Below, piece by piece: positions 36,025 to 48,241 of a stretch of 64,000 bases of DNA. Below the pieces are notes generated by a model. It searched no databases. It saw nothing but the letters and a program-made list of their open reading frames with translations, and had not been told where the DNA came from. Each line of letters starts with the position of its first letter. Position 1 is the first letter of the stretch. The DNA lies in the NCBI GenBank assembly GCA_965240325.2, contig OZ251223.1, positions 3,782,001-3,846,000 on the forward strand, given 5' to 3'. Origin of the DNA: Rebecca billardiae RCC1528. Its lineage: Eukaryota; Protista; Haptophyta. Made by a program: the position numbers and the translations under genes.

Positions 36025-38140
36025 CTAGAAGTGGATGGGCTTGTCGTATGCCGCCATAGCCGCCTCCTTGAAAGCCTCGCTCATCGTCGGGTGCGCGTGG
36101 CACGTGCGCGCAATGTCCTCCGCGCTTGCGCCGTACTCGAGGCCCAGCACGCCCTCGGCAATCATCTCACCCGCGTTGGACGCAACGATGTGCACGCCAA
36201 GGATCTTGTTCGTCTCCGCCTCGGTCACGAACTTGACGACCCCGTCCGTGTCGGCGTTGGCACGCGCGCGCGAGTTGGCCATGAAGGGGAACTTACCGAC
36301 GTTGTACTTGATCCCAGCCGCCTTGGCCTCCTCCTCCGTGATGCCAACCGCCGCCACCTCTGGGTGTGTGTAGATCACGTTGGGGATGGCGTTGTAGTTG
36401 ACGTGGCCGTGCTTGCCCGCGATCGTCTCGGCCACGGCGATGCCCTCCTCCTCGGCCTTGTGCGCGAGCATGGGCCCCTTGATCGCGTCGCCGATCGCCC
36501 AGATGCCCGGCACGTTCGTCTTGAGCTCGTCGTCCACGTCGACCATGCCGCGCGGGCCCATCTTGACGCCCACGTCCTCCAGCCCGAGGCCCTCGGTGTA
36601 CGGGATCCGGCCGATCGAGACGAGCACGACGTCGGCGCTGAGCGTCTCCTGGTCGCCCGTCTTGTTCGACTCGACGGTGAGCTTGCACCCGTCCGCGGCG
36701 GCCTCGCCCTTCACCACCTTGGTGTTGAGCTTGAACTTCATGCCCTGCTTCTTGAGCGAGCGCTGCAGCGTCTTGGCGATCTCGTCATCGAGGCCCGGCG
36801 TGATGCGGTCGAGGAACTCGACGACGGTGACCTCCGCGCCGAGGCGGCGCCACACAGAGCCGAGCTCAAGGCCGATCACGCCCGCGCCAATCACGATCAT
36901 CGACTTGGGCACCTTGCTCAGGGCGAGCGCGCCCGTCGAGTCGACGATCGGGCCGGAGTTGTCCACGGGCACCGGCGGCAGGGGCGCCGGCACCGAGCCG
37001 GTCGCGATCACGATGTTCTTGGCCTGCGCGCACGGGCGCAGTCGTGCGCGGCGTGGCACAGCGCAGCGCGACGCCGAGTCAGAGCGGCGCACGTGAGCCG
37101 CCATGGCCGTCTCCCCGTCCCCGCAGCACCGGCGATCGCCCTCGGCGCTGCTGCCATCCCCGCCCGCCTCGCCGCCGCAAGTGCGCGTCTCAGCCCCGTG
37201 GCGCGCTGGGCTGTGCGGAGACGCGTGGCGCGCGCGCAGCGCTGATGGGAGCAGCGCAGACGCCCGCCAAGTCCCGCCACTCTGGCACCGACATGAAGCG
37301 AGTGACAGCAATCTACACGCCGGGGCGCAGCTGCACCGCTCTTGGCTAAAGCGGTGCGTGCGCGCGCATCATCCCCCTCGCCCACAGCGCTCGAGTGACA
37401 CAGCAGCGCGCCAGGCGCGCACCTTCAGCGTGCCAGCGTCCTTGCCCTCCATGTCGGTCACCTGCACCGTGTTGGGCGAGGTGATCTTGCCCTTGCCCTT
37501 CACGTAATCCACCTTCGCCTTCTTGAAGAGGCCCTCGATGCCTGCGCGCGTGCGCGCCACATGGTGCAGCGGCGCCGCCTCAGCCTGGGCCCACGTGCAC
37601 AGAGGTATGTGCGCAGGGCGCGTGTGCCGCACCCGACGTGAGCCCGGTGACGACCTTGGTCTTGTGCTCCATCAGCTTATCGAGCTCCATGCGCACGTTG
37701 TCCGCCTTGATGCCATGCGGCCCGAAGCCGGTCGCCGCCTCCTCATAGATGTGCGACGAGTGCAGCAGCGCCTTCGAAGGGATGCAGCCGACGTTCAGGC
37801 AGGTGCCGCCCAGCGAGCCGCGCATCTCGACGCACGCAACCTGCGCGGCGGCGGGAGGGTGTGCAACGGGGTGGATCATGCGCGCGTGCCCCAGCCTGGT
37901 TGCGGCGCATGCTGCCAGCGATGGCAAGATGCCCGGCGCTCGCGCGCGGCCATGCCGCCAACGCACCGAAAGGCCCATCTGCCCGGCCTTGATTGCTGCT
38001 GGGTAGCCACCCGGCCCGCCGCCAACGACCACCATGTCATACTCCTTGTCAGACACGGTGCTTAGGCGCCGCCGGAGCGCCGGCACGAGCGTGCGCACGC
38101 GCGCCTGCCGAGAGGCCAGTCTCACAGCCAACGCCACCAT
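36025..38140 (-). CDS. DLD: Dihydrolipoamide dehydrogenase (E3), mitochondrial. Exons 38140-37967, 37840-37633, 37541-37423, 37023-36025.
   Basis: Arg-rich presequence, [20 protein letters not shown] redox disulfide, [16 protein letters not shown]. All three introns are GTGCG..GCGCAG and phase-consistent. Confidence 0.97.
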
Positions 38141-38611
38141 CGTCGCCTTCCCCGCAATTCGGGCCGTGCGAAGCTTGCAACTCGGCCTCGCCTTGCTTTG
38201 ACGGCCAGCACGACGAATCTTCAGGCGTTGATGCGGCCAGTCACGCCGCGACCGACACAGCAGTCTGACTACATTCTGACTCTGATCATTATTGAGTCTT
38301 CTGCCACTGACAATGCTCACTGTTAAAAAGCACTCAGTGTCAACATGAACAGTCAGACCTTAGGACCATTGACATTGACCTGACTGTTACCTGAGGCGTC
38401 TGCCCTGAAGTCTGCGATTAAGACGAACGGAACCGTCACCGGTGACGGCGTCCGCACTCCGTGCAGTCCTGACTGAGCCCACATCCACGATCCAGTGGCA
38501 GCAGCCGGAGCAGGCTATGGGTGCGCAGTCGGCAGTGCCGCCGTGCGGTCTGCGGCGTCGCGCTCGTCGCCAGCACAGTGAGCACGCGTGCCTTGCGACG
38601 CTTTGCCAGTG

Positions 38612-39671
38612 TCAGACGAGGCCGTGATGGGCCAGCAGCGAGCGGAACTGCACGAAGAGGTCCTCGTTCTCCGGGCCGAAGATCCGGTGTGCCTGCTCGA
38701 GCGTCGTGTCCCGGCTCTGCGTGTGGTCGTTGAGCGACTTGATCGATCCGAGGAAGGCGTTGAACTGCTCGTACGACAGCCGAGATCGCGCGATGCGGAA
38801 GAACTCCTTACCATCGACGTAGGTGCCCGACGCGGTTGGTGACGTGCGCAAGCGCGAGCCACCGGACGGGGAGTAGTGCGTGCGCGCCGTGGAGGGTGCA
38901 CCGCCCCACGCGCCCGCGCCCTGTGTGGTGTAGTAGCTCGCGCCCAGCGCTGAGCCCGAGTACGACGGCGTCGGCGAGGAGCGCGTGAAGGGCTCGCGCG
39001 GGACTCCGAGGTGGGCTGGGGGCGGCGAGGAGTGGAGCATGCTCGGGACAGATCGCGTGTCTGCTCCGTTCAGCGGCGCAGCCGGCGCAGAGTCGTCGCG
39101 GATCGACGCAATGATCGTCGACTTGAAACTGGGACCGGCGGGGCGGGGAGGGGAAGACAGCGCGCGCGCGTGGCCGCTTGGGTGAAGGGGCTGGCCGAAT
39201 CGGGGGCGTCGCGCGCGCATAGTTTTAAACAACAACCGTGCCGCCCGTGCCCGCGCACCTGTCGAGCTTCGTCACGTCCTTCTGCAGCGTGCGGATGGTG
39301 AGTTCAAGCTGCTGCTTCTCGCTCTCGAGCATGGACACCTGCGACTGCAGGCTGGCGTTCTCGCGCTGCAGCTCGTTGTTGCGCTGGTCGGCGGAGCGAA
39401 GCATGGCCGACTCGCGTTGTAGATCGTTGTATCGCTGCTCAAGTGCCACCATCGAGCGCTGCGACTCGTGGCCACGTTGCTCGATCGCGCGCAGCTCCAC
39501 CTCGAGCTCCCGCGCTCGCCTCTCAGCGGCTGCACGCTGCTCCTGCTCCTTCTCCGCCCAGGCGCGGAGGGAGTCCAGCTCGGATTCAAGAGCACGCGTT
39601 CGGTCGACATATGCCGACTCGATCATACGCAGCCCCGTGCGGAGCTGATCGTCAGTCGCCGCGGCGGCCAT
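38612..39671 (-). CDS. Coiled-coil protein with At4g15545-like C-terminal domain. Exons 39671-39259, 39128-38612.
   Basis: Heptad-rich N half. Splicing gives KLDSFKSTII. C-terminus VDGKEFFRIARSRLSYEQFNAFL..IFGPENEDLF resembles this conserved uncharacterised family. Confidence 0.82.
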
Positions 39672-39832
39672 GACGCCGATGTCGAAGCGATCGAACGCGC
39701 GGTCGTCGGCACTCGTTCGAAAATAACTCGGCACGAGTGCACGACGGAATTCCAAAATTGGTGCCGCCGCTCGGCCGACGACGGCCGTCTTGCTCATATT
39801 ATCAGGCTTCCTTCCGGCCGTCAAGGTCCGCC

Positions 39833-40807
39833 ATGGCGCCGACGACCAAGCGCCTGCTCACCGGCGCCGCGACGACGGCCGTCGGCCTCGCAGCCCTCCT
39901 CCTCGCCGCCGTCGCGCTCCGCGCCCGCCTCGCCGCCCCCACGGCCGCGCAGCGGGCGCAGACCGACGCGCCCTCCGAAGCGCTGGAGTCGGTCGGCGGC
40001 GGCTTCCCGAAAGTCAAAATTAGCGAGAAGGAGTGTGCCAGCTGGTGCGACGCGAACGGCGGCGTCACGGGCTACGTCAACTACATAGACGAGCCGATAC
40101 ACATCCACAAAGCCGAGCGCAGCGATCACCTCGAGGCCGTCCTCGGCGGCGGCGGCATCGCGACCGCCGACGGCGGCGGCCCCGATGATGCGGGCCTCCT
40201 TGGCTCCGCAGTCGGGAGAAAGTTCGGCTTGTGCGCCACGGAACTCTACGCGCTCGCGCTAGCGGAAGAAGACGCGGGGCTAGTCGTGGGCGCGTGCTGC
40301 TGCGCCAACGCGAACGTCGAGCCCGGGTCGATGCCGATGCCCACGCGCGTGACCTGCGACATGTGGTGCAGAGCTGGCGGCCGCGGGCGCGGGGTCATGC
40401 TCGGCACCGCGCCCTTCTGCGAGGCCACGTGCCACGAGACCTGCCACGGCGGCCTGCCGCACGGCGGCACCTGCGCCGGCTCCAAGAAGCACCAACGCGA
40501 CGGCGCCTTCGGCTCGTACGAGCTCAGCGACCACGGCCTCCACTGCACCACGGGGAGCAAGATCTGCTGCTGCGCGCTGCACCGCCCAGAGGGGCCGCCG
40601 CTCGCGCCGGACCCCTGGCCCTACATCACGTGCGAGAAGTTCTGCCGCAGCGCGGGCTATCGCGGGCAAACTTTCATCTCCGGAACGTCGCCGTCGTGCG
40701 AGGGCGTGTGCCGCCCGCACGCCAAGGAATGCGTCGTCGCAAACGAGCAATTCGAGGACCTGGGCGCGGGGTGCGCGAGCGGCGAGAAGATTTGCAACTG
40801 CTACTAA
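39833..40807 (+). CDS. Cys-rich protein with N-terminal signal anchor and GTAPFC-type repeats
   Basis: Hydrophobic AVGLAALLLAAVAL. Two repeats TCxxxC..GT(A/S)PxCExxC..GxxCxxGxKIC. Followed by an AT-rich 3' region. Confidence 0.78.
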   Translation: MAPTTKRLLTGAATTAVGLAALLLAAVALRARLAAPTAAQRAQTDAPSEALESVGGGFPKVKISEKECASWCDANGGVTGYVNYIDEPIHIHKAERSDHLEAVLGGGGIATADGGGPDDAGLLGSAVGRKFGLCATELYALALAEEDAGLVVGACCCANANVEPGSMPMPTRVTCDMWCRAGGRGRGVMLGTAPFCEATCHETCHGGLPHGGTCAGSKKHQRDGAFGSYELSDHGLHCTTGSKICCCALHRPEGPPLAPDPWPYITCEKFCRSAGYRGQTFISGTSPSCEGVCRPHAKECVVANEQFEDLGAGCASGEKICNCY

Positions 40808-41220
40808 TTCACTACAGGCCTAGGGCGCGCACTCGCCATCCGTATTATTGTATAGCAGCGCTATTAGTACGACTACGACTGCTGCTGCTACTACAACGAA
40901 TAACACTTTATAAATATGAACTTTTTGATTGATGCGCGGCGGGCGCGGCGGCGCTAACGTATTATAATAAATAATAATATATTATTAAATATAAAGACGC
41001 CGACGACGATTTTGGTCAGCAGCATCTGTCAATTCGACTCCGCCCGCGGTCCCTCTGAGTCTGTGGATGCAGTCGCGGAGTCAGAGTGCGCCGCAAGCGG
41101 CCGCCGGGCCGTAGTGTCAACATCGCCATCGGCCGGACGGGACGGCAGGAGTCTCAGGTGCGACGCGCGCCTTACACTGAGCTGGCAAGCGCGACTGGGA
41201 GGATGGTCACCAACTTGTCG

Positions 41221-43123
41221 TCAGAACCGTGTGCCCATCTTGCCCATCTCGCTGCGGATCTCACGGAGCGTAGCCTTGGCCTCTTCCACGTCCTGCGCAC
41301 CGGGTCGTGCGCCAACAGGGTGGGCGGCGCGCGCTCCTCAGCCATGTCCGTTTTCTGGCTGACGCACGCACTGCAGGCGCACATGTGTGATGAGGGGCCG
41401 CGCGCACCTGCGAGCCACCGCAATCCAGCAGGCGAGTGCACAGCTTCTGCGCTCGCTCGAGCTCGCCGTTCCGCTTGCAGACCATGGCGAGGAACTTGAG
41501 CGCCTCGATCGTGTCCGGGCCGCTGTCCAGCTGCTGCGCATCGCGCCGCGCGAGGTTGCGCGCGTAGTAACTCGCCGCTTGCGCGTCGTTGCCAGACTCG
41601 TGGTGCAGCCGGGCGAGCTCCTGCAGCGCGATGCCCTCGCGGTCGTTGTTCGACTCGGCGCGCTCGTAACACCGCATCGCCTGCGGGGTGGGCCCCACGG
41701 CGCGTGGGCAGCATCGCGAGGGGCACGGGCGCGCGTGTCAGAGGCGCGTGCGCCCGGGCGCGCGCGAGCGCCAAACGGCGCGCTCCGCGAGAGCGCGCAC
41801 CTCCGCCTTGCGGTTGAGGAGCTTGTAGCAGCCGGCGAGGGCGCTCCACATGCGCGCGTCGTACGGGCGGAGCGCGGTCGCCTTGCGGTAGTAGAACAGC
41901 GCATAAAACGGCATCTGCAAGATCTCGTACGTCTGGCCGAGCGCGTACCACGCGCGGTAGTCGCGCGCGTTGATGTCGACCGCCTGCCTGTACGCGTGGA
42001 TCGCAGCGCCGGTGTTCTTGAGCTCGACGTGCTCGTGGCCCATCAGCGTCCACGCCGAGAGGTAGTTGCGGTCGAGCCGCAGCGCGCGCTGGAAGTAGAG
42101 CACCGCCTTCTCGTGCTCCGCCTTGAGCGAGTAGTAGTTGCCGATGATGCAGCACGTCTCCGGCCTGTACTTGTCAATCATCACCGCGTTGTGCGCCACG
42201 TACGACAGCGCGCGCTTCGACTCCTTCACGTACAGGATGTTCGAGTAGGTGTCGACGTGGTCGAGGCGGTACGGGTCGGCCTTGAGCAGCTCCTCGAAGC
42301 ACGCCTGCGCCTCGTCGAACTCGCGCATCTGGTAGTGCGCCGTCGCGAGCTGCGCGCGCACGTACGTGGAGGAGCCAAACATCTCGCCCAGCCGGTCGTA
42401 CAGCGTGGCCGCCTCGCCGTTCTGCTGCAGCTCGAGGCACATGTGCGCGTAGAAGAAGTGGGCCATCCAGTGGTCGGGCAGCGCGAGCTTGGCCACGGCG
42501 TCGCGGTCGGGGCACGCCTCCGCCAGGTCGAGCCACGCCACCCACAGCGTGGGCACCGCGTGCACCGCCGCGCACAGGAGGTGCAGCGACTGCGGCACGC
42601 GCTGCAGCTGCTTGAGCACGAGCCCGTACAGGTAGAGGCCGTAGCCGTCGAGCTCGCTGCGCTCGTGCAGCTCGCGCAGCTCGGCGTCGATCGCCTTGAG
42701 CTGCTGGTTGATCACGTGCACGGGGCACCCGTCCGCCGGGTTCGCCGACTCCTCGAGCAGCTCGTCGTCTTTTCGTCGCTCGCCCGCGAGGAAGAGCGCG
42801 TACAGCCGCAGGAAGCGCGCCTTGTGCCCGGGCACGTCCTCCAGCGTGTGCGACGCGCGCATGTACTCGCGCGACTGGAAGTACGCTTGCGCAAGCATGA
42901 GCGCGTCGCTCAGCCCCTCCGTGTCGTCTGCATCCATCGGCGTCGGCACGTTTGCAGCACGCGCGCCTCCGCCCGCGCTTCTGCCAGCCTCCCCAGCAGG
43001 GCCGGTACCCAGGCCGACGAGCTGCTCCGCGGCCCACTTGCTGCTACTGTACAGCCCACGATCCGCAAGCTCGCGGACGGCAACGCGCAGCTCCATGCGA
43101 ATCTCATCGCGCGTTGCAGCCAT
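41221..43123 (-). CDS. CDC23: Anaphase-promoting complex subunit 8 (CDC23/APC8). Exons 43123-41801, 41680-41408, 41292-41221.
   Basis: RGLYSSSKWAAEQL, DPYRLDHVDTYSNILYV, KYRPETCCIIGNYYSL, AWTLMGHE, TPR repeats. Phase-0 introns. Confidence 0.96.
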
Positions 43124-43350
43124 CGTGCTGCGCGCGGCCGCGCGTGACGATCGGCTGCACGGTTCGTGCTCGACACCGGCGATCGCTCTTCTTGCCGCCC
43201 GACGGGCCCGACCCAGCGTGCGGTGCCCATCTTAACATTTTACATTTTCCTATTTTCACGGCTTGCTGCAAGCTGTAGCAGCAGATCGAGCAGCAGAGAC
43301 AAACACCAGGATCAGCGCTCCTCGCCGTCGTCCCCCCCCCGCCCCCTCGA

Positions 43351-43474
43351 CTACAGTTCACTAAGAATAAGAGACGCACGCACAGCTCGGGCAGGCGAGA
43401 TTGACGCCCGCCAGGCTGTCACCACAGAGCCTATGAAGCCGTCGCCGATGGTAGCGCCGCCGGAAAAATTCGTT
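43351..43474 (-). repeat. Inverted copy of the 33267-33384 dispersed repeat, upstream of APC8
   Basis: Reverse-complement match seen by eye. Confidence 0.9.
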
Positions 43475-43990
43475 CAGCCGTCCGGCCTGCGAGGCCTGGA
43501 TGAGGGCTGCGGCCGCCTCGCGGCGCGCCAGCGCCCGTCGTCCTCGCCCCACCGTCGTCCACAGTAGCGTATATCGTATAGTCTCAGTAGTACTTTAATT
43601 AGTTTTAATTTTGCGCGGTTTTTGCCGGTCGTCAGCAGCCCTTTTGGGCTTTTCCCGCGGGAGCGAGTATGCTGGCGTAACACTGTTAATCATCAGTGAA
43701 CCGCGCAGCCGTAAGTGAGCGTAAGTCCGCGGCGGAACGTGAGCACTCATGACTCAGGCGGTGAGGACTGCCATTGGCATCAGTGCGACGAACCTTCGCG
43801 CGAATCGGTGGTCACTGGCCCGCTCAGCTCAGTTACTGCGTAACGGTGCGCGCATGAGCCCCTGACTTTGCATGCGCGCATGCAACGCTGACATGTAGTC
43901 ACTGACGACGCCCGTGCGCATCTCCTCGTCGACGAGCGTCAGCGTCACCGAGTCGACGCTCCGAGTCTCCAACCTCGGAGCCGCGGACTC

Positions 43991-45523
43991 TCAGCGCGAC
44001 GTCCTCGGCGACCTCTGCGACTGCGAAGGACTTTGGCCGCCGCGCGGCGAGCTGCCACCGCTCCCCGCCCGTGCGCCGCGGCCGTCCGTGTACGGCGGCG
44101 TTGCCGCGTCGAGCGCCCCGCGCAGGCTCTGCATGTCGTCGAGGGCGGCCATACCGTCGGAGAGGGCGGCGCTGCGCGCATGCTGGCGCGGGGGCGACCG
44201 CGACGCCGGATGCCCCGGCGGCTTCCGCAGGTTGATCGGGTCGCCGACGCTTGCCTCGAGCTCTTCGTGCTCGGCGCCGGCGGCGTGGTGCGTGCCGCGC
44301 GGGTTGCGGGGAGGGGTGGGCGGCCGATCTGTGTAGCTGTTGTGCCAGCCGTAATGCGTCGCCGGCGACGGCCGCAGCAGCTTTGGGATCACCGTGAGCG
44401 AGCGGTCGACGACGAGGATCGCGCCCGCGTTCTCGTACGTGTTGCAGTAGCGCGACGCGCTGAAGACGGTGACGAGCCGGCCGCTGGCGAACTTCTCGAA
44501 GCCGTCCATGACGCACTCGTGCGCGCGTACAATCAGGTGGATCGCGTTGTTCTTGCAGAACTCGGCGACCCGCGCGGCGTCGAAGGTCACGCACTCGCCG
44601 GGCTGCGGCGGCCGGTCGGTCGAGTCGATGCCGAGCCGCTGCTGGTTGAGCTGCACGCCCTCGATCGAGTCGTGCGCGGCGGGGTCGGACCAGAGGAGAT
44701 CCATCATGAGCGCGCCCTCGCCGCGCTCGATGGGGCGCTCGATGCGCGCCACCTGGTCGAGCGACTGAATCGTCAGCCCGAGGCCCCCGTGCACGCAGAA
44801 GATCTTGCCCGCAATCGTCGCGGCGAGAGGGAGCCACGCAAAGACCGCGTTGAAGCAGCGCCAGACAGCGTCGCCGGCCGGGCCGAGCCGCTCGATGCAC
44901 TCGTCGCGGAAGCCGTACTTCTCGTTGATCTCGGGGGCCTCGTGGTTCCCGCGGATCAGGAAGACGCGGTCGGGGTACTCGATCTTGAGCGCGAGCACGA
45001 GGCAGATGGTCTCGAGCTGGTACGCGCCGCGGTCCACAAAGTCGCCCAGGAAGAGGTAGTCGACCAGGTCGAGGTCGCCGACGTGGCTGGGCGCGCCAAA
45101 CTCGGCGAAGAGACGCATCAGATCGGGGTACTGCCCGTGGATGTCGCCGAAGATCTTGATGGGCACGGACAGCTCGAGCAGCGTCGGCTCGTCGCGCAGC
45201 ACTGCCTCGGCGTGCTCGCACAGCTCGACCAGCTCGTGCGGCGAGAAGTCGAACGCGCGCTCGGCCGGCGGCTTCCATGTGGTGGGCTTGAGTAACGTCG
45301 AGATGACCTGCGTCGCGATCGCCGTGTGCATGCTCGTCCCCCGGGAGAAGTGCGGGTCGCGCCGCTCGATGCGAGATTCGGCGTCCCCAAAGCGCTCCAC
45401 GCTCATCTGCCGCAGCGTTTGCCTGCCAGCGGGGCCCGAGTCGAGCTCCCCCACGATGGCTCGTCGCGCGAAGCCGGCGCGTGGCCCCGCCTCGGGCGAA
45501 ATGTCCGAACTTCGCTCCGCCAT
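43991..45523 (-). CDS. PPP-family Ser/Thr phosphatase of the PPKL (BSU1/BSL) type, lacking the Kelch domain
   Basis: PPP motifs GDIHG, GDFVDRG, RGNHE, HGG. PPKL-like signatures RQMSVERF, DLMRLFAEFGAPS..GD, RAHECVMDGFEKFASG, VIPKL, RPPTPPR. Start ATG uncertain. Confidence 0.9.
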   Translation of the reverse strand: MAERSSDISPEAGPRAGFARRAIVGELDSGPAGRQTLRQMSVERFGDAESRIERRDPHFSRGTSMHTAIATQVISTLLKPTTWKPPAERAFDFSPHELVELCEHAEAVLRDEPTLLELSVPIKIFGDIHGQYPDLMRLFAEFGAPSHVGDLDLVDYLFLGDFVDRGAYQLETICLVLALKIEYPDRVFLIRGNHEAPEINEKYGFRDECIERLGPAGDAVWRCFNAVFAWLPLAATIAGKIFCVHGGLGLTIQSLDQVARIERPIERGEGALMMDLLWSDPAAHDSIEGVQLNQQRLGIDSTDRPPQPGECVTFDAARVAEFCKNNAIHLIVRAHECVMDGFEKFASGRLVTVFSASRYCNTYENAGAILVVDRSLTVIPKLLRPSPATHYGWHNSYTDRPPTPPRNPRGTHHAAGAEHEELEASVGDPINLRKPPGHPASRSPPRQHARSAALSDGMAALDDMQSLRGALDAATPPYTDGRGARAGSGGSSPRGGQSPSQSQRSPRTSR

Positions 45524-46030
45524 TGCACGGACACCGTCGCGAATGCCCGGCCCCTTGTCCGCGTCTCTTGCGAGAGAAGGCCAAGGTGTGCGTGCAGCCC
45601 TGCTGCTTCCCCGCTCGGCGCTCTCGATGCAGCACGGTGAGTGAGTCCGGATGCGCGGGCTGCTCGGCGGTCGTCCGGCCCGCCCCCGGTCGCGTGAGTT
45701 CATGAACACTGCTGATCAAGAGCAAAGGGAGACGCGTGCAAGACTTGATGACGACTTACTACCCCCATAGTAGTAACTACTGTGTATGAGTGTTCAGTCA
45801 TCGGGTGTGCCACACGTGGCCGCACCCATTGACCAACCCGGCTCAGGCCTGACCCATGGCAGCGCTCTGTCGAATCACACGCACTCGAGAGACCTCGCGG
45901 ATCAGATCGTCACGACGACGTCAACGACTACCGATGCGTGATGATGCTGATGTGGCAATGACGTGCGACCGCGCCCCTGTGACTTGGATCAGACGATCAG
46001 CACGACGGCTGGTTGGTCGCGAGGCGTCGC

Positions 46031-47573
46031 TTACCTCTCGCTGATGGAGTTGAAGACCTCCATGTTTCGCTTGTGCTTCTCAACCCACACGAGGAAGCGC
46101 GCCACCTGCGCGCGCACGGCGAGCGCATGGAGGAAGGGCGAGCGCGGCGGCTGAGTGGCTGCGGCCGCCCGGGTGTGCCGCGCGACCACCGCGCGCACGG
46201 CGCACCTGTTGCGGCGTGAGCACTCCCCTCATGTTGTCCATGACTTGCTGCGAAGCGGAGATGTTGTGCAGCACTTGCTCGCGCGACTGCTGCACGAGAG
46301 TGAGGCAGTGCATCAGCGAGGTCTGCATCTCCTGACACCGCTGCGCGTGTGTGGGCGCGCGACAGGCCCGCGCGCGCGCGGGCACGGTGTCAGTGGGTGC
46401 GAGCTGCCGAGCAGTGGAGCGCGCATGGGGCGCGTGCCACGCACCTGCCTGCACGCCTCGAGCTTCTCCACCTGCGCGGGTGTCAGCTGCAGCTCGTCCA
46501 CGATCTGGTTGAGCAGATCGAGCCCCGCGTCCATCGACGAGTCCCCGTCCGCGTGCTGCCCGCCATCAGCCCCACGCGCGGCGCCGGCCGCGTTGCCCTC
46601 AGACATCCCCACGTCAGCGCCGAGCGCACCGTCCTCGTGCTTCACCCCGTCGGCGTTGCCGTCCTCGGCCTGCCCGCGCCGTGCCTGCAGCGCGTCCCAG
46701 AAGGCCATCTTGTACTGCGCGCGCATTGGGTGCGTGCGCGCGGCGCGGAGCGTTGCGTGAGCGCGGGACGCGCGAGAGCGCGCCGTGCAGCCGCGTGTGG
46801 CGTGTGCGCTCGGCGCGCACCTGGGGCCCCGTGTCGAGCAGGTCGAGGATCTCGTCGAAGTGGAAGTTGATGGACTGCTGGCGCTGGCGCTGCGTCTGCA
46901 CGAACTGCTCGACGAGGTTGTTCACGTCGGACGTGAGCCGATCTATCGACTGGCGCTGCAGGAGGTCGGACATCTCCTGCACCTTCACGTCCATGTTGGT
47001 CTGCGACTGGGACGCCCCGTCAGGCGGCGCGCCCTCGGCCGGCGCGGCGCCGTGCTGCTGCTGGTGCTGCTGGGCGAGCTGCTGCTGCAGGGCGCGGACC
47101 TGGCTGCGCAGCTCGGACACCTCGAGCTCGAGCGTGGCGACGTAGTGCTTCTTGCGCACGCGCGCCACGCGCGCGCTCTCCGCCTTGCGCTGGAGCCTGT
47201 GCTGGTTTTTTGACGGCTCGGCCAAGCCGCCACCGCCGCCGCCGCCGCCCGCCCCGCCCGCTGCCGGCACTGGCAGCATGCCCATCGGCGGCAGCAGCCG
47301 CGAGAAGGGCCCTAGCCCAAGCGGGAGCAAGGGCGGGTGCGCGCCGGCGGCGGCACCAAACATACCCGCGTTCGCCGCGCACTGCGACATCAGCGTCGAG
47401 TTGATCAGCTGCTGCTGCTGCAGCGCGTCCAGCCCCTGCGGCTGCGGCAGAAGCGGCATGTTGAACGCGGCCGAGGGTATGCTGGGGTGCGGCTGGATGG
47501 GCGGCGCGCTGGTCGACGGAGCGCTTTGCAATCCCGGGCGCTGCTGATGCGGCTGCGGCTGTTTCGGCTGGGC

Positions 47574-47607
<34 letters not shown>

Positions 47608-47951
47608 GCCGGCGGCTGCTCTTGTCGGTGCTGCCACTGCTGCTGCTCCGCCGCTGCCGCTGCCTGCGCTGCCGCTGCCTGCGCAGCCATAGCCTGCTGG
47701 AAGGCGGGCGAATGCGTCGCCATCTGCGCCTGCTGCGTGCCGAGCATGTCGCCCATGTTGGACCCTCCCGCGCTGCTCCCGAGAGGCCAACTGACATCCG
47801 TATCGTCGGTGTCGGCCACCGACTCTGCGCCAGCCCCGTCTTTGGGCGTGCGAGCCACCACGTCTTCACCGACGGCCCAGAGGAAGCTGGCAAGCATCTC
47901 ATTGCCTGCCAGCTGCAGCTTGTGCGCGTCCTCGGCTGAGCCGCCATCCAT
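46031..47951 (-). CDS. bZIP transcription factor with Q-rich N-terminus and C-terminal helical domain. Exons 47951-46821, 46714-46445, 46340-46206, 46105-46031.
   Basis: RLQRKAESARVARVRKKHYVATLELEVSELRSQVRAL. Three phase-0 GTGCG..GCGCAG introns give LTPQQ-VARFLVWVEK. The last exon could instead splice at GTAAGC (46034). Confidence 0.82.
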
Positions 47952-48241
47952 GCTCGCGGAGGCGGGCGTCGGTCTTGGACCGGGACGCGTGCGCGACCAA
48001 CGCTGAGGAATCCAATCCTGCCGCCGTCGGGCGGCGGCGGCGGTGCGGCGCTGGGCGGTCGCGAAGCGGGCGAACACTCAACTGGTGAACTGGTTCCGCA
48101 TGAGATACATAGCTCCCACTCGCGATTCAAGTCCTGCGAAGGCGCGAGAACCCTTTGCTTGGAAGACCACCGACCGGGCGGGCGACAAAGCCCAGCCCGG
48201 ACTCCGCGCGCATCGTTGGGGCATCCCGCGCGAGCCGCGCC

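Noticed and set aside
45524-46034. bZIP-PPKL fusion by splicing from GTAAGC at 46034
   Set aside because: An in-frame TAA ends the bZIP domain naturally and there is no supporting evidence. Needs cDNA.
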